From a virus: a DNA stretch of 64,000 nucleotides. Below the pieces are notes generated by a model. The model worked only from the letters and a program-made list of their open reading frames with translations. It was not told the origin of the DNA and ran no database searches. The position numbers and the translations under genes were made by a program. The first letter of the stretch is position 1, and every line of letters starts with the position of its first letter. Shown here in pieces: positions 1 to 9,791 of the stretch. The stretch lies in IMG/VR virus record IMGVR_UViG_3300014911_000001, positions 111,797-175,796 of that record. One strand, given 5' to 3'.

Positions 1-1107
1 TCCATAACTGCGGAGAAATGGGGTGTTATATGGAGTGTTGATGAGCATGTTATTAAGAACAACCAATGGGATATCCTTAAGATGTCTCTTAGGAATGCTG
101 CTCGAGCGCTTGCTAGACATAAGGAGAAGCAGGCCTATGAGCACATAAGGCATGGTGGGATAATACTATTCTCGAACTGGAGAAAGAATCATGCTGTTTT
201 CAAGAACTTCCTCAGGGGGCGTGATATAAAGTTAAGGCAGAACGGTAGCCTTTCACCGAGAGACTTTTTCCAGGGTTATGCGTACTTCCTGCAGAATGAA
301 TTTATCCCTGATGTTGTTATTATGAACTCATGGTCGTGGCTTGTATTCCTTTACTCACCTCTTACTAGAGAGATTGTTATGAATGGTAATACCATTGCGC
401 CTGACTTTACCAACTTTAACATGAGGGTCCGCAGCAGATGGCGTGAGGTATGGAACTCTCTTGGTAAGAAGGGTATTCTTGGTGGCAACAGCCCTGATGA
501 TATATTTGGTAAGATAGGTCTGAGCATTTTTGAGCCGACGAATGCTCCTTGGAGCTGGAATCCGCTTGGTGTTGAGGTTTATCATAAGCCTTCTTGGATG
601 CCGGCTGGTATAACATTCCTTATTTCACCATATGCTGATTGGTCGGCCAATGCAACTGATTACATGAATAAATACTTTAGTGGTTGGGACTTTACAGGTG
701 CTCAGTCGTGGGCAGATACGACAACTCCGAAGGACCCGCTTAATATATTTGCGCACAACGACGCTGCGAATAAGAATGATCCTACGAAGACGACAGGTTT
801 CAAAGAAGATGGTACTGTGGCAACATCACCTAGTGATGCACGTACTTATGCAGATCCGACGCTTAATCTAACCGATATAATCATGGTTGATAGTTCAGAG
901 GTTGGAATTCTTTATCAGTATTCAGATCCGACGACTACTAAGTGGTCTGATCCAATGCTGGATATACAGAATAATAAGATTGCTGAGGAATATGGCTTTG
1001 CTGTCAAGTGGGGTGGACGTGCTATAGGTATCTTTGAGGCTGTTGTCATTGATGAGCAGTATACCGCTGAGCTTGTAGCACAGAATGAAATAGCAAAACC
1101 GCTGTAA
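1..1107 (+). CDS. Major capsid protein (HK97-like), 5' truncated by the window edge
   Basis: Frame 1 is open from base 1 (SITAEKWGVIWSVDEHVIKNNQWDILKMSLRNAARALARHKEKQ), so the ATG at 82 is internal. The K-x-G...QWD...AARALARHKE spine-helix pattern and C-terminal KIAEEYGFAV resemble large-phage capsid proteins; the gene lies directly upstream of neck and sheath genes. Confidence 0.8.
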   Translation, partial: SITAEKWGVIWSVDEHVIKNNQWDILKMSLRNAARALARHKEKQAYEHIRHGGIILFSNWRKNHAVFKNFLRGRDIKLRQNGSLSPRDFFQGYAYFLQNEFIPDVVIMNSWSWLVFLYSPLTREIVMNGNTIAPDFTNFNMRVRSRWREVWNSLGKKGILGGNSPDDIFGKIGLSIFEPTNAPWSWNPLGVEVYHKPSWMPAGITFLISPYADWSANATDYMNKYFSGWDFTGAQSWADTTTPKDPLNIFAHNDAANKNDPTKTTGFKEDGTVATSPSDARTYADPTLNLTDIIMVDSSEVGILYQYSDPTTTKWSDPMLDIQNNKIAEEYGFAVKWGGRAIGIFEAVVIDEQYTAELVAQNEIAKPL

Positions 1108-1115
1108 TATAGATT

Positions 1116-1173
1116 AGGCCCGGTCTTCTAGCTCGTTAGACATTGTGATTCTTGTGGCTAGAAGGCCGGGCTT
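1116..1173 (+). terminator. Long stem-loop after the capsid gene (terminator, attenuator or mRNA-stabilising hairpin)
   Basis: AGGCCCGGTCTTCTAGC (1116-1132) pairs with GCTAGAAGGCCGGGCTT (1157-1173) using G-U wobbles, with a 24-nt loop. There is no clear U-tract, and AGGAGG follows at 1179. Confidence 0.6.
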
Positions 1174-1190
1174 CCTATAGGAGGACTATT

Positions 1191-1694
1191 GTGTATTGGG
1201 TAAAGCTATCAGGGCGCGCACCTGTAGCTACGATAACTTGTGGGCATCGTGTTGCACAGGTATCAGTCCGGTGCCCTATTTTTCCTCTTAAGGATTTTAC
1301 GCCTCATTGTATAGCTCAGTTTCAAAGACATGTTGATGTATATATCATAGAGGAGAATTTTCCTATTGATGAGGACCGGAAGGTAGAAATTTTCTCTACG
1401 CTTATAGATGGTGATATTGATATCGAACCTTCTGAGGAGGAATTCGTTATGTGGTTAATCTCCAATGGGTTCCAGCCTAAGGGTACCTATCATAAGGTTG
1501 TAGTGAAGGAAACGGAGTCAGAAGAGGAAAATATTGTGTCTCCTGAAGTAAGTGAAGAGGATGGTAAGGTTGATGATGTTTCTGTACAGGAATCTGATAC
1601 AGTTAATGAGGTAACTAGTGATGAAAAACCTAAATCGGTAGGGAAGAAGAAAGGTGCGCGTCGAGGTAGAACAAACAAGCGTAAACGTAAATGA
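1191..1694 (+). CDS. Hypothetical protein with acidic low-complexity middle and basic C-terminal tail
   Basis: ORF track 1152..1694; start moved to GTG 1191 because AGGAGG lies at 1179-1184. Ends KKKGARRGRTNKRKRK. Confidence 0.65.
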   Translation: MYWVKLSGRAPVATITCGHRVAQVSVRCPIFPLKDFTPHCIAQFQRHVDVYIIEENFPIDEDRKVEIFSTLIDGDIDIEPSEEEFVMWLISNGFQPKGTYHKVVVKETESEEENIVSPEVSEEDGKVDDVSVQESDTVNEVTSDEKPKSVGKKKGARRGRTNKRKRK

Positions 1695-2904
1695 TACGAT
1701 TATAATTTCATGTGATCAGACACCTGATAGTAGTACTGTAGATGAAACGACCATCCGTCTTTATTATAAAGATTATCCCCTGCCGCCTTCCTATGATTGC
1801 AGGGTCAATGGAAATAATATTGAGGTAATACCAGTTGAACCGTGGTTGGCTGGTTATACAATAATTTTAACAGTAGTTGGTGAACAGTATGGTGTTAAAT
1901 CTGTTGAAGGGGAGTCACTTGAGGAACCGGTTTATACATTTACAATAGCTGTATTACCTGCAGAGGAACCCGGCACGGCGCCTTCATATGAGCATGCATT
2001 AGTTGTAACGGCGACAATACCAGAGGATTATTATACAAATTACACGGGTAATCATATTAAATTTTTCTTCAATGTTCCTATTGATCCAAGTATCGAGGAT
2101 GCATATGAGGAACATGTTTTTATACATATTAAGCCTGTAATAGTCCTACCTCCTAATAGCCGTCTACCGGTGCCACCTCAAGGCTATCTTGCGCCTGAAG
2201 CTTATTCTGTTGATGTTGATGGTACTACAATGACTGTAACAATAGATGTGCCTATCTATAATGCAGAAATAAATGTTAAGATTGTTGATATCCATGCATT
2301 GGATATAAGTTATGTTCCTATATCAAGTTATGAAATAGTATTTACATATAGATATACGCCTCTTCTCTATACACCTGATTATTTTGAGGTTGATCTACCG
2401 GATGATGTTATCTATCGGTACATTTTGAGGGCAGAGGCAATAGCTGACACACTTTATCCGGGTATTCTTGATTGGAATGACCCTGAGTGGTGTGTTGTTA
2501 TGTTTGTTTATTATATGACGCAGCGGCTTATTTTAGAGCGTCTTTATGGCATATTAGCAATAATGGGTGGTTCATTTAGCAAGAGATTGGGCGATTTGCA
2601 GATATCGTATAATATTAGGCCTGATAATGATTTGAATAAGTTGCTAGGTCCTCTTTCTGCGTTGGTGCGTAATAGGTGTGCTAAGGTAGCTTTACATGGT
2701 GTCATACCGGGGCGTCTTGTCTACCCGATCCCATATCACCGTCCTGATGTAGCATGGCGCCGCTTCCCCATATTGAAGGATTATTTTATTGAGGAGCCTA
2801 CGGTATTTATGGGTGATCGGGCATGGGATTATGGTGTGTTTTTCAGGAAGCATATGGATCAATTGGAGACAGGTAGAGAGGTGCTTGGTGAAGAGAATGT
2901 ATGA
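1654..2904 (+). CDS. Ig-like-domain head-tail adaptor / neck protein
   Basis: Two beta-rich Ig-like segments (e.g. VVTATIPED...IKFFFNVPIDPS), then a helical region with SFSKRLGDLQISY, typical of head-completion adaptors; post-capsid position. Confidence 0.6.
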   Translation: MRVEVEQTSVNVNDTIIISCDQTPDSSTVDETTIRLYYKDYPLPPSYDCRVNGNNIEVIPVEPWLAGYTIILTVVGEQYGVKSVEGESLEEPVYTFTIAVLPAEEPGTAPSYEHALVVTATIPEDYYTNYTGNHIKFFFNVPIDPSIEDAYEEHVFIHIKPVIVLPPNSRLPVPPQGYLAPEAYSVDVDGTTMTVTIDVPIYNAEINVKIVDIHALDISYVPISSYEIVFTYRYTPLLYTPDYFEVDLPDDVIYRYILRAEAIADTLYPGILDWNDPEWCVVMFVYYMTQRLILERLYGILAIMGGSFSKRLGDLQISYNIRPDNDLNKLLGPLSALVRNRCAKVALHGVIPGRLVYPIPYHRPDVAWRRFPILKDYFIEEPTVFMGDRAWDYGVFFRKHMDQLETGREVLGEENV

Positions 2905-3436
2905 GAAAACTACCTTTACTGATCCGATAAATCTGCGTGTTGAGATGGATTTTTTTATGGATGGTGGAGGTGGTATAGGTCCCAAGGGACATTATGTTAT
3001 TTTACGGCATTATTTAGTTGATCAGAAGTCTGATTATTACTCGCACATAACAGGAGAAGGGCATGGCGGGCCGGCTTACAAATTTGAGGAAGCTTGTATA
3101 AAGACACGGCGAGTGCCATTTAGATCGATGCAACAGGAAGCTGACATGACTCAGATTGGTGAGGTACAGAATTATGATTATATTTACTATTTTAGATATG
3201 ATGATGTGCCGTTTGATTTACTTCCGGGTGATCATATTTATGAATTACAACCTCCTTATGATTTAGATGGTAGTGCGGATGACGAGGAATTACTCAGAGT
3301 TCCGCGTTATGCGCGTTATCGTATAGGATTTGTGCATCATTATAGAGAGCGTTCGGGGCGTGTTGAATATGTTGCAGCATTAGTAACTTATGACAGTATA
3401 GGTGGTGAAGCCCCGCTTATGAAACAAAATGGCTAA
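2897..3436 (+). CDS. Putative head-closure / neck protein
   Basis: ORF track 2789..3436; the likely start is the in-frame ATG 2897 overlapping the upstream gene end. Call rests on synteny between adaptor and tail completion genes. Confidence 0.5.
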   Translation: MYEKTTFTDPINLRVEMDFFMDGGGGIGPKGHYVILRHYLVDQKSDYYSHITGEGHGGPAYKFEEACIKTRRVPFRSMQQEADMTQIGEVQNYDYIYYFRYDDVPFDLLPGDHIYELQPPYDLDGSADDEELLRVPRYARYRIGFVHHYRERSGRVEYVAALVTYDSIGGEAPLMKQNG

Positions 3437-4127
3437 TAGTAATAGTACAGCGCAGTTTGTAGATCTTATTTTTGATCCACGGTTTCTTGATGCGTTGAAG
3501 TCTAATGTTATACCGAGGCCGATAAGATATGGTGAGATCTTATCCTTGTCGCAGTTATTTGGTGTTATAAAGCAGGTTATTGAGCATCTGAGGCCGCAGT
3601 GCAAGGTTTATCCGGCATATGGAAAGCATTTTTTGTATGCTTATGGTCTTGTTGATGATGAACCTGAGGCGGGCTTCAAAATTCCAGATGAGATTATCGG
3701 TTATGTACTATATAGTGCGGAGCCTGCGACGATGGGTGGTTCACAACCTGGTTCAAGTCCACAGGTGCGGCGGCCTCGTCCGGTACATAATGCTTTAACC
3801 GTAGATGTGGATTATGCTGCGCAGTTATATTACTATGCACTTGATGCGTACATTGATTTTTTCTTTTTTGCAAAGGATACACAGAGCATATATGAGTTGA
3901 TGGATTGGTTTCAGGAATTGATGTTTTCGACGCTGTCGCCTTTGTTAAAATATTTGGGTGTAGAGCAGGTTCATTTTGATTCGGCGGGCTTCGATGAATA
4001 CATGCGTTCTGTTCGACCAGAGGTTGTAATTCCGATAATGAGGTATTATTTTAGGATACAGCGTCTGTATGTTTCGTATCAGAAGATTATTAAAGCAATT
4101 TTGTTTAGTCTTATAGAGGAACAATAA
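3429..4127 (+). CDS. Putative tail completion / terminator protein
   Basis: 232 aa directly before the sheath; the alternating beta/alpha pattern (IDFFFFAKD...ELMDWFQELM...MRYYFRI) fits tail-completion proteins. Confidence 0.5.
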   Translation: MANSNSTAQFVDLIFDPRFLDALKSNVIPRPIRYGEILSLSQLFGVIKQVIEHLRPQCKVYPAYGKHFLYAYGLVDDEPEAGFKIPDEIIGYVLYSAEPATMGGSQPGSSPQVRRPRPVHNALTVDVDYAAQLYYYALDAYIDFFFFAKDTQSIYELMDWFQELMFSTLSPLLKYLGVEQVHFDSAGFDEYMRSVRPEVVIPIMRYYFRIQRLYVSYQKIIKAILFSLIEEQ

Positions 4128-4146
4128 AACATAGGAGTGGGGAAAA

Positions 4147-7100
4147 ATGCCAAGGGATATAAGAGTAAGATTCAGGCCTACGTTGGTTACCCCTCAGATA
4201 AGAGGGGGGTTTCCCACGCTAGGTGTTTTGATTATCGGTACGGCTACTGATGGCCCGACAAATGAGCCGGTTATTGTAAGGGGTCTTGAAGAAGCACAGG
4301 AGATTTTTGGCAACTTAGGTGAGGGGACTCTGCTGGAGGGTTATCATGAATTTATCACAGGTGCTTCACGTGGTGCAGACCTGCGTACTGTTGTGGGGCT
4401 TATGAGACTGGATTTCGGTGAGTATGCTAGTGTGGAGCTACCAGAGCCATCGACGGGTACAGGGCTAAGCGAGCCAATGGGTGCAACGGCGCTTACTATT
4501 AGAGCAAGATATAAAGGTGAAATATACAATATGTTTACCATATCATATAAAGCGGTAGCTGGCGGGTTTGCTGTATCTATAGTTGTGCCAGCTGAGAAAG
4601 ATCCATCAGGAAAAAGCCAAGAATATGTGCTTCTTTGTGACCCATCAGGTAGTAATACAGAGCTTATAAATAATCTTACGGAGCTGGCTAATGCTATTAA
4701 TCATCATCCAGTGCTGGCACGTTGGTTGTATGCGGAGGTAAACCTTCTTGATAGTAGATATTCAACGTATATATCCAATGGATTTTATTCGGGAGCTGGT
4801 GAGTCATTTAATGCGTGGGGTGTAGGATATAATGAGACTGATAAGGTTATAGATTTTGTGAGCCGATTTAGTGGCTCGCCTAGTAGTGATGTTTTGGATT
4901 CAGATGGTGACGATACACTAGGACAGTATCATCCTTATACGATATTTGGGACGACTCCTATCAATGTTAGGGCCACATCACTTGACAACATACAGAATAT
5001 AAGGAATTTTGGAAAACTGGCATTGTATGATGTGTCTGTGGATGCTAATACGAAGATTGCTAATTTAGGTGTCTATCCTCTTATACAGACCAAAGCCGGT
5101 GCAACAAAATTTTATCCCATAAGCGCATATAATGATTATGATGATGATGGTATGTATATTGATGTACCTAATTATCTAAGGAATTGGGACACCCCCGCGA
5201 CAGCTAAATATCTTATACCGGGTAGATTTCCTGTATCGGAGGCTGTCTTCTATATGGATGTGATTCTGAACCCCAGCGGGGCTTCAGGGGATGTGAATTA
5301 TGTCGAAACTAATATGTTCCTGCCTGTGGATGTTTATGGTGATGTATCACTAGCTAATCTTATTAATGCATCAAGTGTTAGTGATACAAGACGGTTTAGT
5401 TATAAATGGATAATACAGACAGAAGCCGGGACGGTTTATGATAGTGGGGCATCTACTTATACGGGTTGGATGTTGCCTCTTTTCCATTCTCCAATGTCAT
5501 CTATCGGTGGATTAATATTATTCCATCAGAAAGATGGATCGCCGGTTGATGAGTTGGATACGATATTTGGTTCATGGAAATATCTCTATTTAGGTGTGCC
5601 TTCACAGGTAGGTGGATCGGCGCCTGATTGGTATTCTACGACATCTGATGCAGCTACATTAAAACTTATTGATACAGGGGATAGTGAGAAGGTCCATATA
5701 GGTTTGGGTCCTGCATCAGCATTTTTCACGAAGACTGATGTAACGAGCCATTATGGTAATGAGACATCACCGGATGAGAATTATACTAATGCTATAAATA
5801 CGGATGTAAAAGATTTTGATGGTTCGTATTCAGGTAATGAGTTCAAGCTCTATTATTCAACAGATGGTTCATCTTGGCATGAAATTCCTTTGTATTATGA
5901 ATATGATGGTAAATATTGTTCTGGCCTTACATTAGAGTGGACATTTAATGGTCAAACAGATCTGGCCGCCTTAACTGACCTAAATACATTCAAGATCAAA
6001 TTCTTTGATGGGATCACATGGTCCTCGGAGGATGATCCCGAGATCAAAGAAATCCAGTCGAAGTATCCATTCCTTGAGGTTGCGAAGGATACCAGCACTG
6101 GTGAATATTATCTCGTAATAGCTGCTGGAACAAGAATAAGACTAACGGGTTATACACCGAAGGTTATGTTGAAGTACCTGCCTTCGAGGGCGGCGCTTAA
6201 TGACTGGTATGAGTATACTGTCTATCAGGATAGGATTGAGTTTGGTACACCTTATCCATACACAATTAAATTCAAGGTTCATTATCTCAAGGAGTTTGTT
6301 GAGAATGTTGATTACATATATGATTCCGCACAGGGTACATTCCAGATGCTTGACTCTGAATTGATACCACCTGATAAGCTAACATTGCTTTATATGGATT
6401 ACCAGTTTGAGCCTGAGTGGTTTGATACGTCTCGTATCTATACATTATCAGGTGGTTCATCTGGGTTTGAGAGGGCGCGGCCTCTTGAATACTATGCAAA
6501 GTTCCGTACGGCCTTGCAAGCTATAAGCACAGATGATAGATTTGACATTATAGTGCCAAAGGGTGCTTATATAGACACAGTTGATGAGGTATATGATGCA
6601 TCTATATCTTCGACGACATATGTTAATGTAGGCTATGTGGATCTCTTTGATGAGTTTACGCAGAAACGTGCTGATGATGGCAACCCAACGATTGTTATCC
6701 TAGCAGCGGAACCTTATAAACCTGAGACAGCTATTGTAGGTTATACCCGTGAGGGTATAGCTAATTGGGTAACAAGGATGACCGATACTACATCAATTGA
6801 TCCCCGTTCGCCGGCGGGCTTAATTGCCTCTGTGACTGACAATCCAATGATGTGTGTTACTGTTGTACCGATAGCACTTATAGCACCGGGCGGCGCTTAT
6901 TACATATCGGATGGAGCTGCATTCCTTGCGGGTCTTGCTGCAAGATTCCATTATGTGCCCCGCACTGCAGCTAATGAGAGTCTTTACAACCTTGCACTTC
7001 CTAATGGTGTCAGACCTGCGTTTAGATTATCGGAGTCACAGGTTGATGCATTGCTCAACATGCGTTACATAGTGTTCCACATGGGTCAGGATGGAGCGCC

Positions 7101-7431
7101 GCGGCTTATGAGAGATACAACACTTGCCCAGCCATTTAGTTCATTGAGTGCGCTAACCCACCTAGCTGTGTTGCTGCGTATTAAGCAGGGATTTATAAGA
7201 AGGCTGCGGCCTCATATCGGTAAGATCGTTAACGCTCAGACGAAGATGGAGGTTGATGCAGCTATAACATCCGAGTTGGCACTATGGCAGAAGAGTGGGA
7301 TTATACAGCAGGCTATAGTTGATATTGATTGGGCAAGTCTTGAAGGTACATTGGGAGTATTACCAGTGCATATTACGATTGTGAGATCACCCATTCTGAA
7401 GGGTGTTGAAATAGATATTGTTGTGCGGTAA
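4147..7431 (+). CDS. Contractile tail sheath protein with a large central insertion
   Basis: N-terminal VLIIGTATDGPTNEPVIVRGLEEAQEIFG...GTL; LTIRARYKGEIYN; TLSGGSSG; C-terminal DGAAFLAGLAA...LSESQVDALL...HIGK...VHITIVRSPILKGVEIDIVV sheath motifs; RBS AGGAG upstream. Confidence 0.9.
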   Translation: MPRDIRVRFRPTLVTPQIRGGFPTLGVLIIGTATDGPTNEPVIVRGLEEAQEIFGNLGEGTLLEGYHEFITGASRGADLRTVVGLMRLDFGEYASVELPEPSTGTGLSEPMGATALTIRARYKGEIYNMFTISYKAVAGGFAVSIVVPAEKDPSGKSQEYVLLCDPSGSNTELINNLTELANAINHHPVLARWLYAEVNLLDSRYSTYISNGFYSGAGESFNAWGVGYNETDKVIDFVSRFSGSPSSDVLDSDGDDTLGQYHPYTIFGTTPINVRATSLDNIQNIRNFGKLALYDVSVDANTKIANLGVYPLIQTKAGATKFYPISAYNDYDDDGMYIDVPNYLRNWDTPATAKYLIPGRFPVSEAVFYMDVILNPSGASGDVNYVETNMFLPVDVYGDVSLANLINASSVSDTRRFSYKWIIQTEAGTVYDSGASTYTGWMLPLFHSPMSSIGGLILFHQKDGSPVDELDTIFGSWKYLYLGVPSQVGGSAPDWYSTTSDAATLKLIDTGDSEKVHIGLGPASAFFTKTDVTSHYGNETSPDENYTNAINTDVKDFDGSYSGNEFKLYYSTDGSSWHEIPLYYEYDGKYCSGLTLEWTFNGQTDLAALTDLNTFKIKFFDGITWSSEDDPEIKEIQSKYPFLEVAKDTSTGEYYLVIAAGTRIRLTGYTPKVMLKYLPSRAALNDWYEYTVYQDRIEFGTPYPYTIKFKVHYLKEFVENVDYIYDSAQGTFQMLDSELIPPDKLTLLYMDYQFEPEWFDTSRIYTLSGGSSGFERARPLEYYAKFRTALQAISTDDRFDIIVPKGAYIDTVDEVYDASISSTTYVNVGYVDLFDEFTQKRADDGNPTIVILAAEPYKPETAIVGYTREGIANWVTRMTDTTSIDPRSPAGLIASVTDNPMMCVTVVPIALIAPGGAYYISDGAAFLAGLAARFHYVPRTAANESLYNLALPNGVRPAFRLSESQVDALLNMRYIVFHMGQDGAPRLMRDTTLAQPFSSLSALTHLAVLLRIKQGFIRRLRPHIGKIVNAQTKMEVDAAITSELALWQKSGIIQQAIVDIDWASLEGTLGVLPVHITIVRSPILKGVEIDIVVR

Positions 7432-7456
7432 GATTGGTGGAAGGAATATCAAGTAG

Positions 7457-7493
7457 AAGGCCCTCCGTATGAAGCGGGGGGCCTTTTTGTTTT
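7457..7493 (+). terminator. Rho-independent terminator
   Basis: AAGGCCCTCCG-TATGAAG-CGGGGGGCCTT followed by TTTGTTTT, downstream of the sheath stop codon. Confidence 0.85.
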
Positions 7494-7509
7494 GGTATGT
7501 TGTCTTGAG

Positions 7510-7743
7510 ATGAAAGATGTGAAGATATACATTGATGATGGTATTTTATATGTGGAATTTCATGAGTTCTACGATCGGGCCGATATATTGATTTATGATG
7601 TGAAGGGCCGGCTTATTCATGAAGGGACTGCGGCCGGCTTAAGCGTCTATACATATGACATGTCTCGTTATGCAAGTGGTCCTTACATTGTTGTTATTTT
7701 GGTTAGTGGTAGAAAATATAGTAAGGTAGTCACATTGCATTAG
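7510..7743 (+). CDS. Stand-alone T9SS type-A sorting domain / FlgD-Ig-like small protein
   Basis: Likely start ATG 7510. ILIYDVKGRLI...YDMSRYASGPYIVVI...KYSKVVTLH matches the IYD-x2-G-R/K...D-x-S...SG-x-Y-x-V...K pattern of Por/T9SS C-terminal domains. Confidence 0.7.
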   Translation: MKDVKIYIDDGILYVEFHEFYDRADILIYDVKGRLIHEGTAAGLSVYTYDMSRYASGPYIVVILVSGRKYSKVVTLH

Positions 7744-7758
7744 TATTAGGAGGTTATT

Positions 7759-8616
7759 ATGGGACTGACATTAAGTTCTAATAAATATGCTAAGACATTT
7801 AATTCCTTTTCAGGTGCCGATATATTCATAATCTTTGAAAATGCTACTGTTGGGACAATAACCCAGCTATCTTGGAATATAACGAGGGAGAAGGCCCCTC
7901 TTTATGTTCTTGGCCATGTTGATGCTGTGGGTACATCACGTGGTAAGAGAAGCATTGCTGGTTCACTTACAGGTCTAATCTTTGACCGTTGGACACTCTT
8001 TGATCTGGCATGGGGATCTGACATTACAGGTGAAGGTGGCCGTACCGGTGAGTATGCTGAGTATGCAAGGAAGACGGGTGATATCTTGGTGCCGGGTGAT
8101 TTGATGTTTGTGGATTATGCTGATATATATGGCACTGATGTAGCACCGGGTACTAGAGCATGGCCTGTAGGTGGTGGTGGGTCTGCTGAGGAAGCATGGA
8201 AAAAGATGCTTGGTTGGGAGCCTAGCAGGGTTGTGTATGCTGACCAAATGCTACCATGTGATGTAACGATTGTTGGTATTAATGAGGCAGGTAACTTTAT
8301 GGTTTCGAGGATTTTTGGTATAGATTTGCTATCAACAGGTGCTGGTATATCAATTGATGATGTAACTATGGAGGAGCAGTATACATGGTTTGCTATGTCA
8401 ATGCTACCATTTTTACCGAGGTATACAGGCGGTGAAGGTACTGGCTTAGAACTTTATAATCTCCTTAAGGAGTATTGGGGACTACCGGGTTCAGAGATGG
8501 CGTCGTTAAAGTCAGCTATGGAGACAATAGCTAGAGCAAGTCGTTCTGGTTTAGGTACTGGTAGCACTACTGGTGGAACAGGTACTGGAGGAACTGGTAC
8601 TGGTGGAGGAGGTTGA
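7759..8616 (+). CDS. Tail tube protein
   Basis: FNSFSGADI...LSWNITREKAPLYVLG...SRGKRSIAGSL...YADQMLPCDVTIVGINEAG...GISIDD...EEQYTWFA; strong RBS AGGAGG; follows the sheath; Gly/Thr-rich C-terminal tail. Confidence 0.8.
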   Translation: MGLTLSSNKYAKTFNSFSGADIFIIFENATVGTITQLSWNITREKAPLYVLGHVDAVGTSRGKRSIAGSLTGLIFDRWTLFDLAWGSDITGEGGRTGEYAEYARKTGDILVPGDLMFVDYADIYGTDVAPGTRAWPVGGGGSAEEAWKKMLGWEPSRVVYADQMLPCDVTIVGINEAGNFMVSRIFGIDLLSTGAGISIDDVTMEEQYTWFAMSMLPFLPRYTGGEGTGLELYNLLKEYWGLPGSEMASLKSAMETIARASRSGLGTGSTTGGTGTGGTGTGGGG

Positions 8617-9791
8617 TGAGATTAGAGGATGCTGAAAGCAAGCAGTATGTATTTAGTTTTAGTGGTGCTGATTATATACCATTTGCTTTTGTGGGGGGGC
8701 GGCTTCGTGCGCTCCCCCTTGTTATGACGATAACGGCTTCTTTTGTTGCTGATCAGGCGCCAGCCTTAACCCTTGGTAGTAAGGTACCACTGACAATAAG
8801 GCCCGGTCATGTTACTGTCGCGGGCTCCATTATAGGGGCTGTTAGTGATGTACATCCTCTCTTTCCATTGACATCATTGTTTGTTAGGGATGTGCGCTTC
8901 GGTACTGATGTTGCGCTAAGGACATATGAATTACCCCTTTTTGATATTATTATTGTTGGCATTAATGAGGTAGGTAGGACGACCGTTGCGAAGGTTTATG
9001 GTGCACGCATCCAGCAGGGAGGATATACGTATTCAATCCAGGATCTTTACACAGAAACAACATTTCAGTATAGGGCGCTGGATATGGATGAACCTCAGGT
9101 AGCACCTGTTATGGAAGGTGAGATGATGCATTATATTAATCCAGCCATATTTTTTGACCGGCTTAATAGGATTCCTATCTTAGCGAAGAATAAAGCGGAG
9201 GTTGGTGCTGTATTGGGTGTTATATTATCATTGCGTGCGAAACTTATTGACATCTATGACAAGATTGCTAATGCAAAGAGTATAGAAGAGCGTGAGCATT
9301 GGTTGCAGGAAGCTGAAAATGTGCAGGAAGAAATCCGCAGGTATGAGGATGCGCTTAATACGACATTGAGGTTATATTCGAGGACTGTTATATCAGGTAA
9401 TCAATTTGCGGATGCTGTATTTGGGGATTTGGTTTGGCCGCGGGATTTGAAGTATGTTGAAGTGGAGAAATCTTATGTATATCCGCAGCGTTATTATGCA
9501 TCTGTTGGGGATACACAGAAGATTGGTACCTATCAATGGCGTTCTGAACATGAGACTGATATGTGGAATATATATACCTATTTCCAACAGATTTATATAA
9601 TGTTACGAGATTCGTATCGAAAAGGAGATGTACCTATGCATGATTTATATAGGAGGTGCTTAGATTTCCGTGCGAAGTTAATAAGTGCTATGTCAACCTT
9701 TAAGGAGGATAAATATTTACATCCATATTATGGTGAAGCTTTATTGAAGCGTTATGATGAGTTAATTAAGCAGATAAGAGAGAGACTATGA
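8613..9791 (+). CDS. Tail-tube paralog with helical C-terminal extension
   Basis: N-terminal half aligns by eye with the tube (SFSGAD...VAGSII...LPLFDIIIVGINEVG...YSIQDLYTETTFQYRA). The start may be ATG 8616 (TGATG overlap). Confidence 0.7.
   Translation: MMRLEDAESKQYVFSFSGADYIPFAFVGGRLRALPLVMTITASFVADQAPALTLGSKVPLTIRPGHVTVAGSIIGAVSDVHPLFPLTSLFVRDVRFGTDVALRTYELPLFDIIIVGINEVGRTTVAKVYGARIQQGGYTYSIQDLYTETTFQYRALDMDEPQVAPVMEGEMMHYINPAIFFDRLNRIPILAKNKAEVGAVLGVILSLRAKLIDIYDKIANAKSIEEREHWLQEAENVQEEIRRYEDALNTTLRLYSRTVISGNQFADAVFGDLVWPRDLKYVEVEKSYVYPQRYYASVGDTQKIGTYQWRSEHETDMWNIYTYFQQIYIMLRDSYRKGDVPMHDLYRRCLDFRAKLISAMSTFKEDKYLHPYYGEALLKRYDELIKQIRERL

Noticed and set aside
8560-8620. Frameshift or readthrough fusing the Gly-rich tube tail to the next paralog
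   Set aside because: The -1 frame is open from about 8565, but there is no canonical slippery site, tandem TGA TGA stops follow, and GGAGG serves as an RBS for the next gene.
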